Shown: in pieces, positions 1-9,604 of the stretch
Numbering within the stretch: the first letter of the stretch is position 1
Layout: each line of letters starts with the position of its first letter
From: Klebsiella phage KP13-16
Sequence record: OP617741.1
DNA length: 64,000 nt
Direction: 5' to 3' (one strand)
Made by a program: the position numbers and the translations under genes
The notes under the pieces: generated by a model
Databases searched by the model: none
What the model was told of the DNA's origin: nothing
The model's input: the letters and a program-made list of their open reading frames with translations, nothing else

Positions 1-405
1 AGGTTAGATCAAGTATCTGTAGAGTATGGCTATTATGATGACAAAACGCATGATGCTTCTGGTTTACCTATTGGTTCTTTAGCCCTTATTCAAGAATATG
101 GTAGTGTTAAAAGAAATATTCCAGCAAGACCTTTTGTTTTTTATAGTGTAAAACTATTAAATGATAAAGATATTTCTGCAATGAGAAAGGGAATGATAGA
201 TTATCTCTTCAAAAGGAAAGATGCTAATTCTTCATTCAAGCCAGTAGGTGTGACTGGTGTAAGAACAATACAAAGAAGTATTATGTCTCAAAGATTTACT
301 CCATTAGCACCATCCACTGTTGCGAAAAAAGGAAGTTCCACAATTCTTGTAGAAACTTCTGAATTACTTAATAGCGCAGAATATAAGATTAATGAGAAGT
401 CTTGA
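1..405 (+). CDS. 5'-truncated structural (head-tail joining/tail completion?) protein
   Basis: Frame 1 is open from base 1 to the stop at 403-405. It lies at the head of a co-oriented late structural gene block. No recognisable motif. Confidence 0.45.
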   Translation, partial: RLDQVSVEYGYYDDKTHDASGLPIGSLALIQEYGSVKRNIPARPFVFYSVKLLNDKDISAMRKGMIDYLFKRKDANSSFKPVGVTGVRTIQRSIMSQRFTPLAPSTVAKKGSSTILVETSELLNSAEYKINEKS

Positions 406-450
406 TTATTATACTATTTTCGTGCTAAAATTAAGTGTAGAGGAGGTTTT

Positions 451-870
451 GTGTTATTAGAACAATTAACACTCATAGAATTAAAAAATTATCAAGGAAG
501 ACATAGAGAATATGTTAAATCAACCCAAAGCGTCTTTAAAAATTCCTACGCTACAGTTAATTACACAGATTTTACCATCGAAGATTGTAGTTTGCAACCA
601 ATAGATGGAAGAACTCTTCAAGCTCTACCAGAAGGTTATAGATCAAAAGCTGCTTATCAGTTCTGGTGTAAAACAGAAATGAAAGGTTTAGAACAGAATA
701 CTAACCAATTAGCTGATCAAATACAAATTAATGGGGAGTGGTTCTCTATATATAATTTCAAAGATTGGACCAGAACATCTTATCTATCACACTACCATTG
801 TGCAGCAGTTCGAGAAGAAATTAATAACTCAATGGACTCTTCAAATACAACTGGAGGAAACTATGGTTAA
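451..870 (+). CDS. hypothetical virion/tail protein
   Basis: 139-aa ORF with a GTG start preceded by AGGAGG (441-446). Tight spacing with the neighbouring structural genes. Confidence 0.5.
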   Translation: MLLEQLTLIELKNYQGRHREYVKSTQSVFKNSYATVNYTDFTIEDCSLQPIDGRTLQALPEGYRSKAAYQFWCKTEMKGLEQNTNQLADQIQINGEWFSIYNFKDWTRTSYLSHYHCAAVREEINNSMDSSNTTGGNYG

Positions 871-1438
871 TGCAGATAAAATGGAATTAGTCGAAGACTA
901 TCTGCTTGAGAACATAGGAGCCTTCATTCAAGAAGTAACTGGTTTAAGTTTATTTCTGATAGATCAACCATGGCCTGATGAAACAGTACCATCTGTGGGT
1001 GTCCATATTTTATCATATGACGACTCAAATGGATGGGGTAATACTAATGAAATCAATGAAGATGGTAGATATATAGCTAAAACAGATTTAACCTTTACTG
1101 TAGAATTAGTAGCAAGATTTGGAAGACCTATGGCAACACTTGCACTACTAATACAAGCTTTTAGAGGTTTTCAAGAATTAAGATATCAACATCTCTACTC
1201 TAAAGGAATTGGTTTATTAGATGTTTCTAATGCCACACCTGCTAACACTGTCTTTGATGGAATTGAAACAGAAAAAAGAGCAAGAATGCTTGTAACATTC
1301 AATGCAAGAATCTCTTCACTTGATACTAATGCCCCTAATTTAGTTGAAACTATAACAGGGTCAATATATACAAATAAATACGAGGGAGATGTTAACCCCG
1401 TTATTCAAGGCATAAATGTCACTTTCCTTACAACTTAA
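863..1438 (+). CDS. hypothetical virion/tail protein
   Basis: ATG at 863 preceded by GGAGGA. It overlaps the upstream stop by 8 nt (ATGGTTAA), the usual coupling arrangement. The annotated longer start at 731 would overlap the upstream gene by 140 nt and was not used. Confidence 0.5.
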   Translation: MVNADKMELVEDYLLENIGAFIQEVTGLSLFLIDQPWPDETVPSVGVHILSYDDSNGWGNTNEINEDGRYIAKTDLTFTVELVARFGRPMATLALLIQAFRGFQELRYQHLYSKGIGLLDVSNATPANTVFDGIETEKRARMLVTFNARISSLDTNAPNLVETITGSIYTNKYEGDVNPVIQGINVTFLTT

Positions 1439-1455
1439 AAAGGGGATCTATTGTA

Positions 1456-2823
1456 ATGGCAACTTTAATTGATAAAGTTATTGACGTAACACTAGTCTTC
1501 GGTTCAGCAGTAATTGAAACTGCTGTATTCGATATTGCACTGATCCTGGCAGCACACAACGTCACTGAAAATACTGTTGATGTTTATACTTCAACTGATG
1601 CAATGCTTCAAGCAGGTTTTGCTAGTGACTCCCCAACATACCAAATGGCATCTTTAATGTTCCAGGGTGTTGGTGCTCCAGATCAGATCGTCATCGGACG
1701 TAGACAACTAGAAAATTATACTATCACTCCAACTGCTGTAGCAAATGCTATTTACACAGTTACTTTAAAACATGGCTCAGTATCTAAAGCATTCCAGTTT
1801 GTGGCGACTTCTTCACCAACAGTAACAGAAATTGCAACTGGACTGCAAACTTTAATTAGTGCAGATACTACATGGAATACCAGAGTAACAGCATCTGTAA
1901 CTGGAAACAATCTGGTACTTACCCCTGTAGAAGGTGAAGCATTAGATGTATCTGTAGGGACTAATTTAGTTCAGGTACGTAATGTAAGTTCAGATATTCT
2001 GGAAGATATTACTGCTGTTGCAGACGTGAATAATACTTGGTTCTGGATGGTTTCTGATAGTCATGTACCAGCAGATGTTATGAATCTTGCAGGTTATGCC
2101 CAAGAGCATGATAAGATTTATTGGACAAGTTCACAAGATACCGCTGTAGTCAACGCAGAAGATGGCAACATTCTTCAAGAACTGATGCTCTCAGGTTATC
2201 GTAATACTGGTTTTGCAATGTGGCGTACAGATGCAGATACTACATTCCCAGAAGCTGCTGTTGTAGGTGCTATTGCTGCTGCTGATCCTGGTACTACTAC
2301 CCTACATGGTAAAACCCTAATTGGTCTTGCAGTACAGAAACTAACAACTACACAAGAAACAAATATCGTAGCTCAGAATGGTAACATCTATCGTCGTGAA
2401 TATGGACAGAACTTCTATCGTGATGGTAGAATGGTCGATGGTAACTTCTGTGATACAATTCACCATGCATTGTGGGCTAAAGCTCGTGTAGCTGAAAGCC
2501 TGTTTGCACTGCTTAAACGCCGTTCTGATCTGTTATCTGGAGTAAGATTTACTTCTGTAGGTCTGGGTCAAGTTCGTCAAGCTATTTGGGATAATCCTCT
2601 TAATCAGGGTATTTTAAATGGATCTATTGCGAATGAAATCAACGTCTCTACTGAAACAGGTATGAGAGAAGATTTAAGACCTACTGTCTATGTCCCTAAT
2701 AGAGCAGATATTCCTACGAATGACATTGCACAACGTGTTCTGAATGGTGTTGTGGTTGAATATGTTTATGCTGGTTTCATTCACTACATCAAAGTTCAGG
2801 TAAACGTTCTGGTTGACCGTTAA
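1456..2823 (+). CDS. putative tail sheath protein
   Basis: 455 aa. It sits immediately upstream of a tube-sized protein, the chaperone pair and the tape measure. Size and order fit a contractile-tail sheath. No diagnostic motif verified. Confidence 0.45.
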   Translation: MATLIDKVIDVTLVFGSAVIETAVFDIALILAAHNVTENTVDVYTSTDAMLQAGFASDSPTYQMASLMFQGVGAPDQIVIGRRQLENYTITPTAVANAIYTVTLKHGSVSKAFQFVATSSPTVTEIATGLQTLISADTTWNTRVTASVTGNNLVLTPVEGEALDVSVGTNLVQVRNVSSDILEDITAVADVNNTWFWMVSDSHVPADVMNLAGYAQEHDKIYWTSSQDTAVVNAEDGNILQELMLSGYRNTGFAMWRTDADTTFPEAAVVGAIAAADPGTTTLHGKTLIGLAVQKLTTTQETNIVAQNGNIYRREYGQNFYRDGRMVDGNFCDTIHHALWAKARVAESLFALLKRRSDLLSGVRFTSVGLGQVRQAIWDNPLNQGILNGSIANEINVSTETGMREDLRPTVYVPNRADIPTNDIAQRVLNGVVVEYVYAGFIHYIKVQVNVLVDR

Positions 2824-2830
2824 TTATAAA

Positions 2831-2847
2831 GGGGAGTAAAGCTCCCC
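2831..2847 (+). other. short stem-loop (GGGGAG-taaag-CTCCCC) after the sheath gene
   Basis: 6-bp GC-rich stem read directly from the sequence. No following U-run, so an mRNA-stabilising or processing hairpin is likelier than a terminator. Confidence 0.3.
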
Positions 2848-2865
2848 ATATTACTGGAGAATATA

Positions 2866-3333
2866 ATGGATCAAATGCTAACAGGTCTAATGGCCTACGA
2901 TCCTTCAGAAGTTACGTTACTTCTGGGTGGTTGGGCACCTTATGGTTTTGCTACAGATACTAAAATCACTATTACTAAGACCAGTGATATCATTGTTCCT
3001 TATTCAGGGACAGATGGTGACGTATCTCTTGCCCTGCAAAGAAATAAACTAGGAACTCTTACTCTATCACTGCAAGCAACGTCTAGTGCTAATGATGTTA
3101 TTACAGCGTATCATGAGCAGATGTATTTAACAAGAGAAGTTGCTTTCCCTGTGTATATGGAAGACCCCCGTGGTTTTATTATTAATACAATTGGCTGGAT
3201 TCAAAGTCAAGGTGAAAATACAATCGGTTCAGAAGTTACTTCTGTAGATTGGGTGATTGGACTTAAAGATTGTAGTCTTGTAAGAGGAACTACTGCAATT
3301 TCTCTGAACTCTATCCAAGGTATTACTGTTTAA
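2866..3333 (+). CDS. putative tail tube protein
   Basis: 155 aa, located between the sheath-like gene and the chaperone/tape-measure genes. Confidence 0.45.
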   Translation: MDQMLTGLMAYDPSEVTLLLGGWAPYGFATDTKITITKTSDIIVPYSGTDGDVSLALQRNKLGTLTLSLQATSSANDVITAYHEQMYLTREVAFPVYMEDPRGFIINTIGWIQSQGENTIGSEVTSVDWVIGLKDCSLVRGTTAISLNSIQGITV

Positions 3334-3366
3334 GTTGTTTTAAAATAAAAATATTTATGTTATAAT

Positions 3367-3400
3367 AAAAGCACGGCACAATGTCGTGCTTTATTTTTAT
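3367..3400 (+). terminator. rho-independent terminator
   Basis: aaagcacggc-acaat-gtcgtgcttt stem (about 10 bp, one G-U pair) followed by ttatttttat. It sits after the tube gene and before the chaperone gene. Confidence 0.6.
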
Positions 3401-3409
3401 GGAGATAAT

Positions 3410-3901
3410 ATGCAAAGTATTCAAGGTATGCAACAGCAATCTACAATGAAAAGATTAGCTGCACCAGAGACAACGTTTACTGCTGAGTGTATTAGCGGTG
3501 AAAAAATGAATTTCAGGATTATCCACTGGAGTCCAACTAAAACTTTTTCAAGAATTTCTAAAATCGGTAAGTATTTTGCTGTACCTGTTTCTATGATGGT
3601 CGATACAAAGCCAGGAGAAGCTAGCTTTTCTGAAGCCCTTCCTGCTGCTCTGTTACAGCTATTTAATACAATGGATGAAGATGATCTTCTTCAATTCATT
3701 GCTCTGTTGTTAGATGAAGTTTATTATGAGAATACAAGTGTTCTTGAAAACTTTGATACTCTTTTTATGGGTAAAAACGAGGTTATTTTACAACTAATGG
3801 CTAAAGTTGTTGAGATAAACTACTCCCCTTTTTTCAAGACAGGTTTCGGAAAACTTATTCGCTCGATCATTCCAGTGGTGGGTCTGAGCAAAGCCGAGTA
3901 A
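3410..3901 (+). CDS. tail assembly chaperone (lambda G / P2 E-like)
   Basis: ATG at 3410 with GGAG at 3401-3404. The listed start at 3386 lies inside the terminator hairpin. Its position directly upstream of the tape measure is typical. Confidence 0.6.
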   Translation: MQSIQGMQQQSTMKRLAAPETTFTAECISGEKMNFRIIHWSPTKTFSRISKIGKYFAVPVSMMVDTKPGEASFSEALPAALLQLFNTMDEDDLLQFIALLLDEVYYENTSVLENFDTLFMGKNEVILQLMAKVVEINYSPFFKTGFGKLIRSIIPVVGLSKAE

Positions 3902-4143
3902 ACCCTAGCATCAAAAGAGCCATGGATGTTGCTAGGAAAAGTTCGTCTTTAACTTGGTATGATTATATGTTTTTTAAAGTAGTATCAGAGACATCAGAAA
4001 CGAGATACTCTTTAGATCAATATGGTATTGACTATTTCTTACAACTTCATGAAGCAATTGCACTTAAAGAGTATATAAGAGATCTTGAATATAGAGATAT
4101 TGAGGTTAAAAGACTTTCTGAGAAAAATAAACCTAAAATATAA
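3410..4143 (+). CDS. tail assembly chaperone frameshift fusion product (G-T / E-E' like)
   Basis: A -1 slip at 3829-3835 joins the 3410 frame to the 3922..4143 frame. This matches the conserved arrangement between tube and tape measure in tailed phages. Confidence 0.5.
3829..3835 (+). promoter_or_regulatory. -1 programmed ribosomal frameshift slippery heptamer T_TTT_TTC
   Basis: The heptamer is in frame with the chaperone ORF as X_XXY_YYZ. The -1 frame is open from 3814 through the downstream 73-aa ORF to 4143. Confidence 0.55.
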
Positions 4144-4154
4144 CAGGAGTTATT

Positions 4155-6098
4155 ATGGCTACTAAGGTAGAAGCCGCAACACTTGTCAACAGGATTGTCT
4201 ATAAAACAGACACCAAGAGTTTGAAAGCTGTCAGAAATGACATGAAAAAGCTTCAACAAGAGTTTTCTAAAACTGCTTCTAATGCCATAGCATCTCCTGT
4301 AGCTGCGAGAGCAACCGTAAGAAATGCTAAAAAAATAGCAACCCAAGTTATGGATGCTCATATAAAAGCTATGGAAGATGTTGCAAAGCTTAGAAGTAAA
4401 CAAGCGGCAAAAAATGTTCAAAACTCATATAATAAAATACTTGGTGTAAATAAGACACCTGGGAAATCTGCAAGAGATAGTGCTAACGTTTTTAAAAAAG
4501 CTTTTGCAGAAGATAACGAAAGGGTAAAAAGACAAAATGCTGAAATGGCAAGATATACTAGGGATATGCTTGATCAGCAAAAAAACGTAGATAAAATTCG
4601 TGAAAGGATCGCAAGAGAAGCTTTGCTTGCAAGAAGAAATCAAGAAAAACGAGATAGTAAATCTGGCTTAAGAAGTAATCAATTAGCTTTTGAAGTGAGT
4701 AGATTAAATCTTGGTGCTAAAGAAGCTAGACAATTCTCAAGAGAACTAGAGAACTTAAACAGAAGATATCGTTCTGGTAAAATAGAATTAGATCAATATA
4801 GAGAAAGCACAAGACAGCTTTTAAGAAGCACAAGAGATCTTTCAAAAGAGCATATGACTCTCAGAGAGAGGATTGGTGACTTAAGAAAAGGTGGATCAGG
4901 TGGTCTAGGCTTCGGCGGTGCTATTGCAGGGGCTGGATTAATAGGTGCAGGTGCATTAGGTTACATGGGCTACTCTCGTGCCGTCATGGCTCTCCAGAGC
5001 GCCGTATTGCAATCTAGAGGGTTAAGTCGTGTTAGCTCTATGGGTATCATGCCTGAAGAGACCCAAGCTTTGCAACTTGCAGCCCTAAGATCAACAGGAT
5101 TCGATCTATCTTTCGAGAAAATTTCTGATATTTCTAAAGACGTGCAGGATAAAATTGGTCAGTTAAGCCTTGGTGAATGGAAACAAAATAAGAAAACTGG
5201 GGATTGGTCTTTTAGCGGTGGTGGTGAAATGGCTGACTGGTTAAAGATCATGACTGAACGTGGTGGTTTTAGCCGTGAAGGTGCACTGGCAACACTAAGA
5301 AGCGTAAAAGGCCCAGTTGAACTGGCAGTCTTACTTGAAGGTTTACGTAAAAGTGCGAAACTTACAGATTCTGAATTTACTGCGTTAGCAGAAGCAATAA
5401 ATGACTTCTCTTATATTGCTAAATCTGTTGGTAGAGATGGTGAAAATGTTGTTGCAACTCTTAATGAACTAACAGACGCAGGTTTGCTTTATACCAAAGT
5501 TCAACGGGATAATTTGAAAGATCTTTCGGATATGTCTGCAACCTTTAGTAAAACAGCAGATTTTATGGAAGGTCAATTTGGTGCTGCGTTTGTTCAAGGC
5601 TTGAAAGATGCAGGTATAAATAGCAACAATCTTTCAAAAGAATTGTCAGGTTTCGTTCCTGTTATTCAAGCTTTAGGTAAAGTCACAGGTGATTTAACTG
5701 GTTCATTAATCAAGCTTGGTGGGGCTATTAATAGTCTTTTAGACTGGAGAAAGAACTTCCAAGCTTCTTTAGGCATTACTCAAAGTGATTTGCCTTTAGC
5801 TGTGATTGACCCTACTTCTATGAGTCTATCTGATCAGTTAACATACCTTTGGGATAACTGGTTCTCAAGTGGTTCTAACGCACCAAGTGCTATGTATGCA
5901 AATCAGAATAACTTTGGTGGGAATAATCCATTTAACCTTCCACAGTATAATTTAAATATTACACCAGCACCTGTGGTAGTTCAAGTAGAACCTTCTGAAG
6001 AATTTGGCAACCTGATTGATGCACGTGCTGACCAAAGAATTGAGTGGGCATTCGATGATCAGAACTTCCAAATTAATCAAAGTATTTTAGGGGAATAG
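4155..6098 (+). CDS. tail tape measure protein
   Basis: 647 aa. The N-terminal half is long, alpha-helical and rich in K/R/E. A Gly-rich hydrophobic segment follows (GGSGGLGFGGAIAGAGLIGAGALGYMGY). It lies just after the chaperone frameshift pair. Confidence 0.8.
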   Translation: MATKVEAATLVNRIVYKTDTKSLKAVRNDMKKLQQEFSKTASNAIASPVAARATVRNAKKIATQVMDAHIKAMEDVAKLRSKQAAKNVQNSYNKILGVNKTPGKSARDSANVFKKAFAEDNERVKRQNAEMARYTRDMLDQQKNVDKIRERIAREALLARRNQEKRDSKSGLRSNQLAFEVSRLNLGAKEARQFSRELENLNRRYRSGKIELDQYRESTRQLLRSTRDLSKEHMTLRERIGDLRKGGSGGLGFGGAIAGAGLIGAGALGYMGYSRAVMALQSAVLQSRGLSRVSSMGIMPEETQALQLAALRSTGFDLSFEKISDISKDVQDKIGQLSLGEWKQNKKTGDWSFSGGGEMADWLKIMTERGGFSREGALATLRSVKGPVELAVLLEGLRKSAKLTDSEFTALAEAINDFSYIAKSVGRDGENVVATLNELTDAGLLYTKVQRDNLKDLSDMSATFSKTADFMEGQFGAAFVQGLKDAGINSNNLSKELSGFVPVIQALGKVTGDLTGSLIKLGGAINSLLDWRKNFQASLGITQSDLPLAVIDPTSMSLSDQLTYLWDNWFSSGSNAPSAMYANQNNFGGNNPFNLPQYNLNITPAPVVVQVEPSEEFGNLIDARADQRIEWAFDDQNFQINQSILGE

Positions 6099-6102
6099 TA
6101 AA

Positions 6103-6804
6103 ATGGCAACTAAATCTACAGTGTCAAATACCTCTGGGAGTACTTCTCAGGAGGGAAATACTGTAACATATTTATTTCTTGCCTCTCGACTGTTTACTGC
6201 CAAGGAAGGTGGTAATATAAAAACTGATGAGCAAGGAAATAAAACACAGAGTGATCAGCAAAAAATAATTGCACTAGATGTTACAACAAAGTTCAATACT
6301 AAGTGGGAAGGTGATTTAACAAAGTATCCTGTGTCTCAAGGTTCAGATATTACTGATCACATTACCATAAGAAATAATAAATTTACACTAGAGGGTGTTA
6401 TTTCAAATACTCCTTTCGAAACTCATGATGGAGAGTATTTCAGTACTTACGGGACAGGCACACAAAGAACTAAGGCTGCTGTAGACTATCTTGAAGAATT
6501 CTTTAAAAATAAAACATTATTTACCTTGTATAGTGAGTTTCAAAAGATAGATAATTGTATTATCACTGGTATAGAATTTGATCAAGAAGCACAGGAGGCT
6601 ATTAATTTTAAAATAGCCATAGAACAAACTCGTTTAGCTTTTGCTAAACAGGTAACTTTAAATGTTTCAAAAAGTACTAAGAAGAGTGTGGCATCTAATA
6701 CTAATAGTGGTGGTTCTGCAAAATCTGAAGCTGCTGTTGCAGCACAGGATAAGTATAAAACTGAAAGAGATGCAGCAATAAAAAGAAATGAGGCAAATAA
6801 TTAG
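6103..6804 (+). CDS. hypothetical tail/baseplate protein
   Basis: 233 aa, first gene after the tape measure; no motif recognised. Confidence 0.4.
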   Translation: MATKSTVSNTSGSTSQEGNTVTYLFLASRLFTAKEGGNIKTDEQGNKTQSDQQKIIALDVTTKFNTKWEGDLTKYPVSQGSDITDHITIRNNKFTLEGVISNTPFETHDGEYFSTYGTGTQRTKAAVDYLEEFFKNKTLFTLYSEFQKIDNCIITGIEFDQEAQEAINFKIAIEQTRLAFAKQVTLNVSKSTKKSVASNTNSGGSAKSEAAVAAQDKYKTERDAAIKRNEANN

Positions 6805-6812
6805 CTGGAGGT

Positions 6813-7154
6813 GTGATGTCAGTTTGGTATCTAAAAAGTGGAGAAGATGTTGATGTCACTTATACTGTTGTGCTGGAAGGTAACACTTACGATCTAAGAT
6901 TAAAATGGATTGATAGAGATGAATCTTGGCAAGCATATATAGGTATTACAGGTGAAGATCCTTCTGCTTCATTTAAAATAACTAATGGATTTGATTTATT
7001 AAGACCATATAAATATATGGATGGTGTACCTAATGGATCTCTTTATGCCATAGACCTTGTAGCTATATGGGGAAGAGTAGACTACGATAATTTTGGTATT
7101 GATAAGAGATATAGATTAGTTTACTTTGATTCAACAGAAACTGTAACATTATGA
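6813..7154 (+). CDS. hypothetical baseplate protein
   Basis: 113 aa, within the baseplate gene block. Confidence 0.4.
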   Translation: MMSVWYLKSGEDVDVTYTVVLEGNTYDLRLKWIDRDESWQAYIGITGEDPSASFKITNGFDLLRPYKYMDGVPNGSLYAIDLVAIWGRVDYDNFGIDKRYRLVYFDSTETVTL

Positions 7155-7163
7155 GGAACTTAA

Positions 7164-8129
7164 ATGGAAAATTATAGATTTCTTCATCAGTACAGGTTAA
7201 GATTTGGTACTGGTGTACCTTTATCACAAAATTTATCCACAAATTCTTCCTTCACAGTGCCTGTTGATTTAGATAAAAATATTCAGGATTCTAAAGGAAG
7301 AACAAATGCTTATGAGTTGACAACTCATCAAATTTCCTTTACAATAAAGAAAGATAATAATAAAGAGCCTAATAGTACTGAGATAACAATATTTAACTTA
7401 GATGATAACCTTGTAAACTATATTAAAACTAATATTGAAAACTATTTAGTTCTAATTTTAGAAGCTGGCTGGGTTGGAGAAGTTAAAACTGTCTTTAAAG
7501 GTACTGTTGCAAAAATAATTGATAAATGGGAAAGGGAAACAAGACAAACTACACTTAAATGTGCAGATGGTGCTGTGAATGTAAAAGAGGCACTAACGTC
7601 AAGGACGTACCCTGCTGGGACAACATATGATCAGATCTTTAATGACCTAGCAAAAGATTTAGGAACTCCTGTAGGTAGAATTGAAATAGACTCTTCTGTG
7701 CCTACAACTACAACGCCTGTTTCTTTTGTAGGTGGAACATCTAATCAATTAGGAAATCTTGCCAGTGGGATTAACCACTCTTATTCAATTCAAGACGGCT
7801 CTATTTATGTGTTACCTAATAATAAAAGATTAACTCAGCAATCTGCGTATTTGTCAGATGAGACGGGACTCAAACAGGGACCAGAGCCATTAAGTCAGAG
7901 TGAGAAAAAATCTAAAAAGAATAAAACACCTGCAAACGGTATATCTTTGGAGTGTCAACTTGATGGTGCTATTATTCCTGATTCTACAATTTATGTCAAG
8001 GCCCGGGGCTATGACGGTGCATTTAGAGTCACAAAAGTTACTCATAAAGGAAGTTATGAAGAGTCTGAGTGGACAACCCGTGTAGAAGCAGTTCCAATAG
8101 ATGCTACTATATCAAAACAGGGGGCTTAA
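7164..8129 (+). CDS. putative baseplate hub protein (P2 gpD / Mu gp44-like position)
   Basis: 321 aa, immediately upstream of the gpV-like spike. Assigned by gene order only. Confidence 0.35.
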   Translation: MENYRFLHQYRLRFGTGVPLSQNLSTNSSFTVPVDLDKNIQDSKGRTNAYELTTHQISFTIKKDNNKEPNSTEITIFNLDDNLVNYIKTNIENYLVLILEAGWVGEVKTVFKGTVAKIIDKWERETRQTTLKCADGAVNVKEALTSRTYPAGTTYDQIFNDLAKDLGTPVGRIEIDSSVPTTTTPVSFVGGTSNQLGNLASGINHSYSIQDGSIYVLPNNKRLTQQSAYLSDETGLKQGPEPLSQSEKKSKKNKTPANGISLECQLDGAIIPDSTIYVKARGYDGAFRVTKVTHKGSYEESEWTTRVEAVPIDATISKQGA

Positions 8130-8783
8130 GTGAATCCAGATAGATTTACAACAACATTAGGAGATCTGGTCACAAGTAAACTGGCAGATGTCCATACAGC
8201 AGTTCCGGCGAGATTAACCTCTATTAACTATGGCTTAGGGAAAGGATCTGCACAACCACTTGTGAAAACTGCCATAGGTACAAGTAAAACAATACCCTAT
8301 CCAGAATTGTTAGATATTCCTATTGTAGTACAATCTGGTAATGGTGGTAAAGCAAAAATTACTTTCCCTATTAAACCGGGTGATACAGTGTTAGTGGTCT
8401 TCTCTGAAAGAGACCCATCTAACTTCCTTTCTGGAAATAATGGTGACAATTTAAGTGAACCTGCTCAGAGAACTTATTTAGGTTTATATCCTATTGCGAT
8501 TATACCATGTTTATCTGCTGGAAATAGTTCAACAGAAATAGATAGTGAAAATTTGGTCATTGCTAATGATCAATCTAAATTTACCTTATATCCAGATGGA
8601 ACAATTATTATTGAAAATTCTGGGGGGAAAATTGAAATGGGTTCGGATGGAACTATTAACTTAAATGGTTTAAAAATATCTCCTACTGGACAATTAACAC
8701 TTGTAGATGGTTCTGTTGTTGATAAACATACCCATGGTGGTGTTGAGAGTGGTGGAAGCAGTACTAATCCACTTGGGAGTTAA
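8130..8783 (+). CDS. baseplate central spike (gpV-like)
   Basis: GTG start. The C-terminal repeat-like beta segment (FTLYPDGTIIIENSGGKIEMGSDGTINLNGLKISPTGQLTLVDGSVVDKHTHGG) resembles gpV/VgrG spike tips. It precedes a gpW-like gene. Confidence 0.55.
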   Translation: MNPDRFTTTLGDLVTSKLADVHTAVPARLTSINYGLGKGSAQPLVKTAIGTSKTIPYPELLDIPIVVQSGNGGKAKITFPIKPGDTVLVVFSERDPSNFLSGNNGDNLSEPAQRTYLGLYPIAIIPCLSAGNSSTEIDSENLVIANDQSKFTLYPDGTIIIENSGGKIEMGSDGTINLNGLKISPTGQLTLVDGSVVDKHTHGGVESGGSSTNPLGS

Positions 8784-8785
8784 TT

Positions 8786-9310
8786 ATGAGTTTTGATTTT
8801 AAACTTGATAAGGATACAAATGATCTTATTTTTGTGGATCAAGATTTAACTTTTACATCTAAGAAAGACGAAGAGTTAGGTCAAAGATTGAAAATAAGAC
8901 TTAATACTTTTGAAACTGAGTGGTTTATAAACCAAGATTATGGGATACCCTATCAACAAGAGATTATAGGTAAAGCCCGTAATAAAAAAGATGTAGATAC
9001 AATTTTTCTTAATGAAATTAGACAAGAAGAAGGAGTTAACTCTATTGATTCCTTCTCATCTACATGGGATAGACAATTAAGAATTTATGATCTAAAAGTT
9101 TCTGTAGTAACAGACGATGGTGTTATTTTTGTTGATGCAGAAATTTCTCCACAGGCTGAATGGGAATACCCAGATTTTGGTGATGATAACCCTCATATTG
9201 ATTGTGGATTAGGGGATCAAATAACTTATGTGAATAAACTATACGAGTTTATTAATTTTAATGGTCTACCTATAAACACTTATGCAACTTGGTGGAATAA
9301 CTGGGGATAG
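8786..9310 (+). CDS. baseplate wedge protein (gpW / gp25-like)
   Basis: 174 aa. The motif RLNTFETEWFINQDYGIPYQ resembles the GPW_gp25 core. Positioned between the V-like and J-like genes. Confidence 0.55.
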   Translation: MSFDFKLDKDTNDLIFVDQDLTFTSKKDEELGQRLKIRLNTFETEWFINQDYGIPYQQEIIGKARNKKDVDTIFLNEIRQEEGVNSIDSFSSTWDRQLRIYDLKVSVVTDDGVIFVDAEISPQAEWEYPDFGDDNPHIDCGLGDQITYVNKLYEFINFNGLPINTYATWWNNWG

Positions 9311-9316
9311 TTAGAG

Positions 9317-9604
9317 GTGCAAATGATAAATTTTTTAAAATCTTTTTTATTTGCCTTTAGACCTGGTGGGCAATATTCACATACAAGGTTTTGGAGTAAT
9401 GTTGGCTTTCTATCTATGACCTCAGTATTCATTTACTTTGGTTTTTTCATAGGATTACCTGAATGGTATGCATGGATTTATGCATGTATCGTAGTTACCC
9501 CTAATCTTGCAAGTAAATTAATGAAGTATCGTTACGGAGATTTTAATCAAACTGAAGACGATCAAGAGCCTAGACCTAAAGGTAAGGACGTAAATAATGA
9601 GTGA
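9317..9604 (+). CDS. small membrane protein
   Basis: 95 aa with two hydrophobic segments, embedded in the baseplate operon. Confidence 0.4.
   Translation: MQMINFLKSFLFAFRPGGQYSHTRFWSNVGFLSMTSVFIYFGFFIGLPEWYAWIYACIVVTPNLASKLMKYRYGDFNQTEDDQEPRPKGKDVNNE

Noticed and set aside
731-1438. Listed 235-aa ORF start at 731 overlapping the upstream gene by 140 nt
   Set aside because: An in-frame ATG at 863 with a GGAGGA RBS and an ATGGTTAA stop-start overlap is the more economical start. The long N-terminal extension is probably an ORF-finder artefact.
3386-3409. Listed chaperone start at 3386
   Set aside because: It lies inside the terminator hairpin and lacks an RBS. ATG 3410 is preceded by GGAG.
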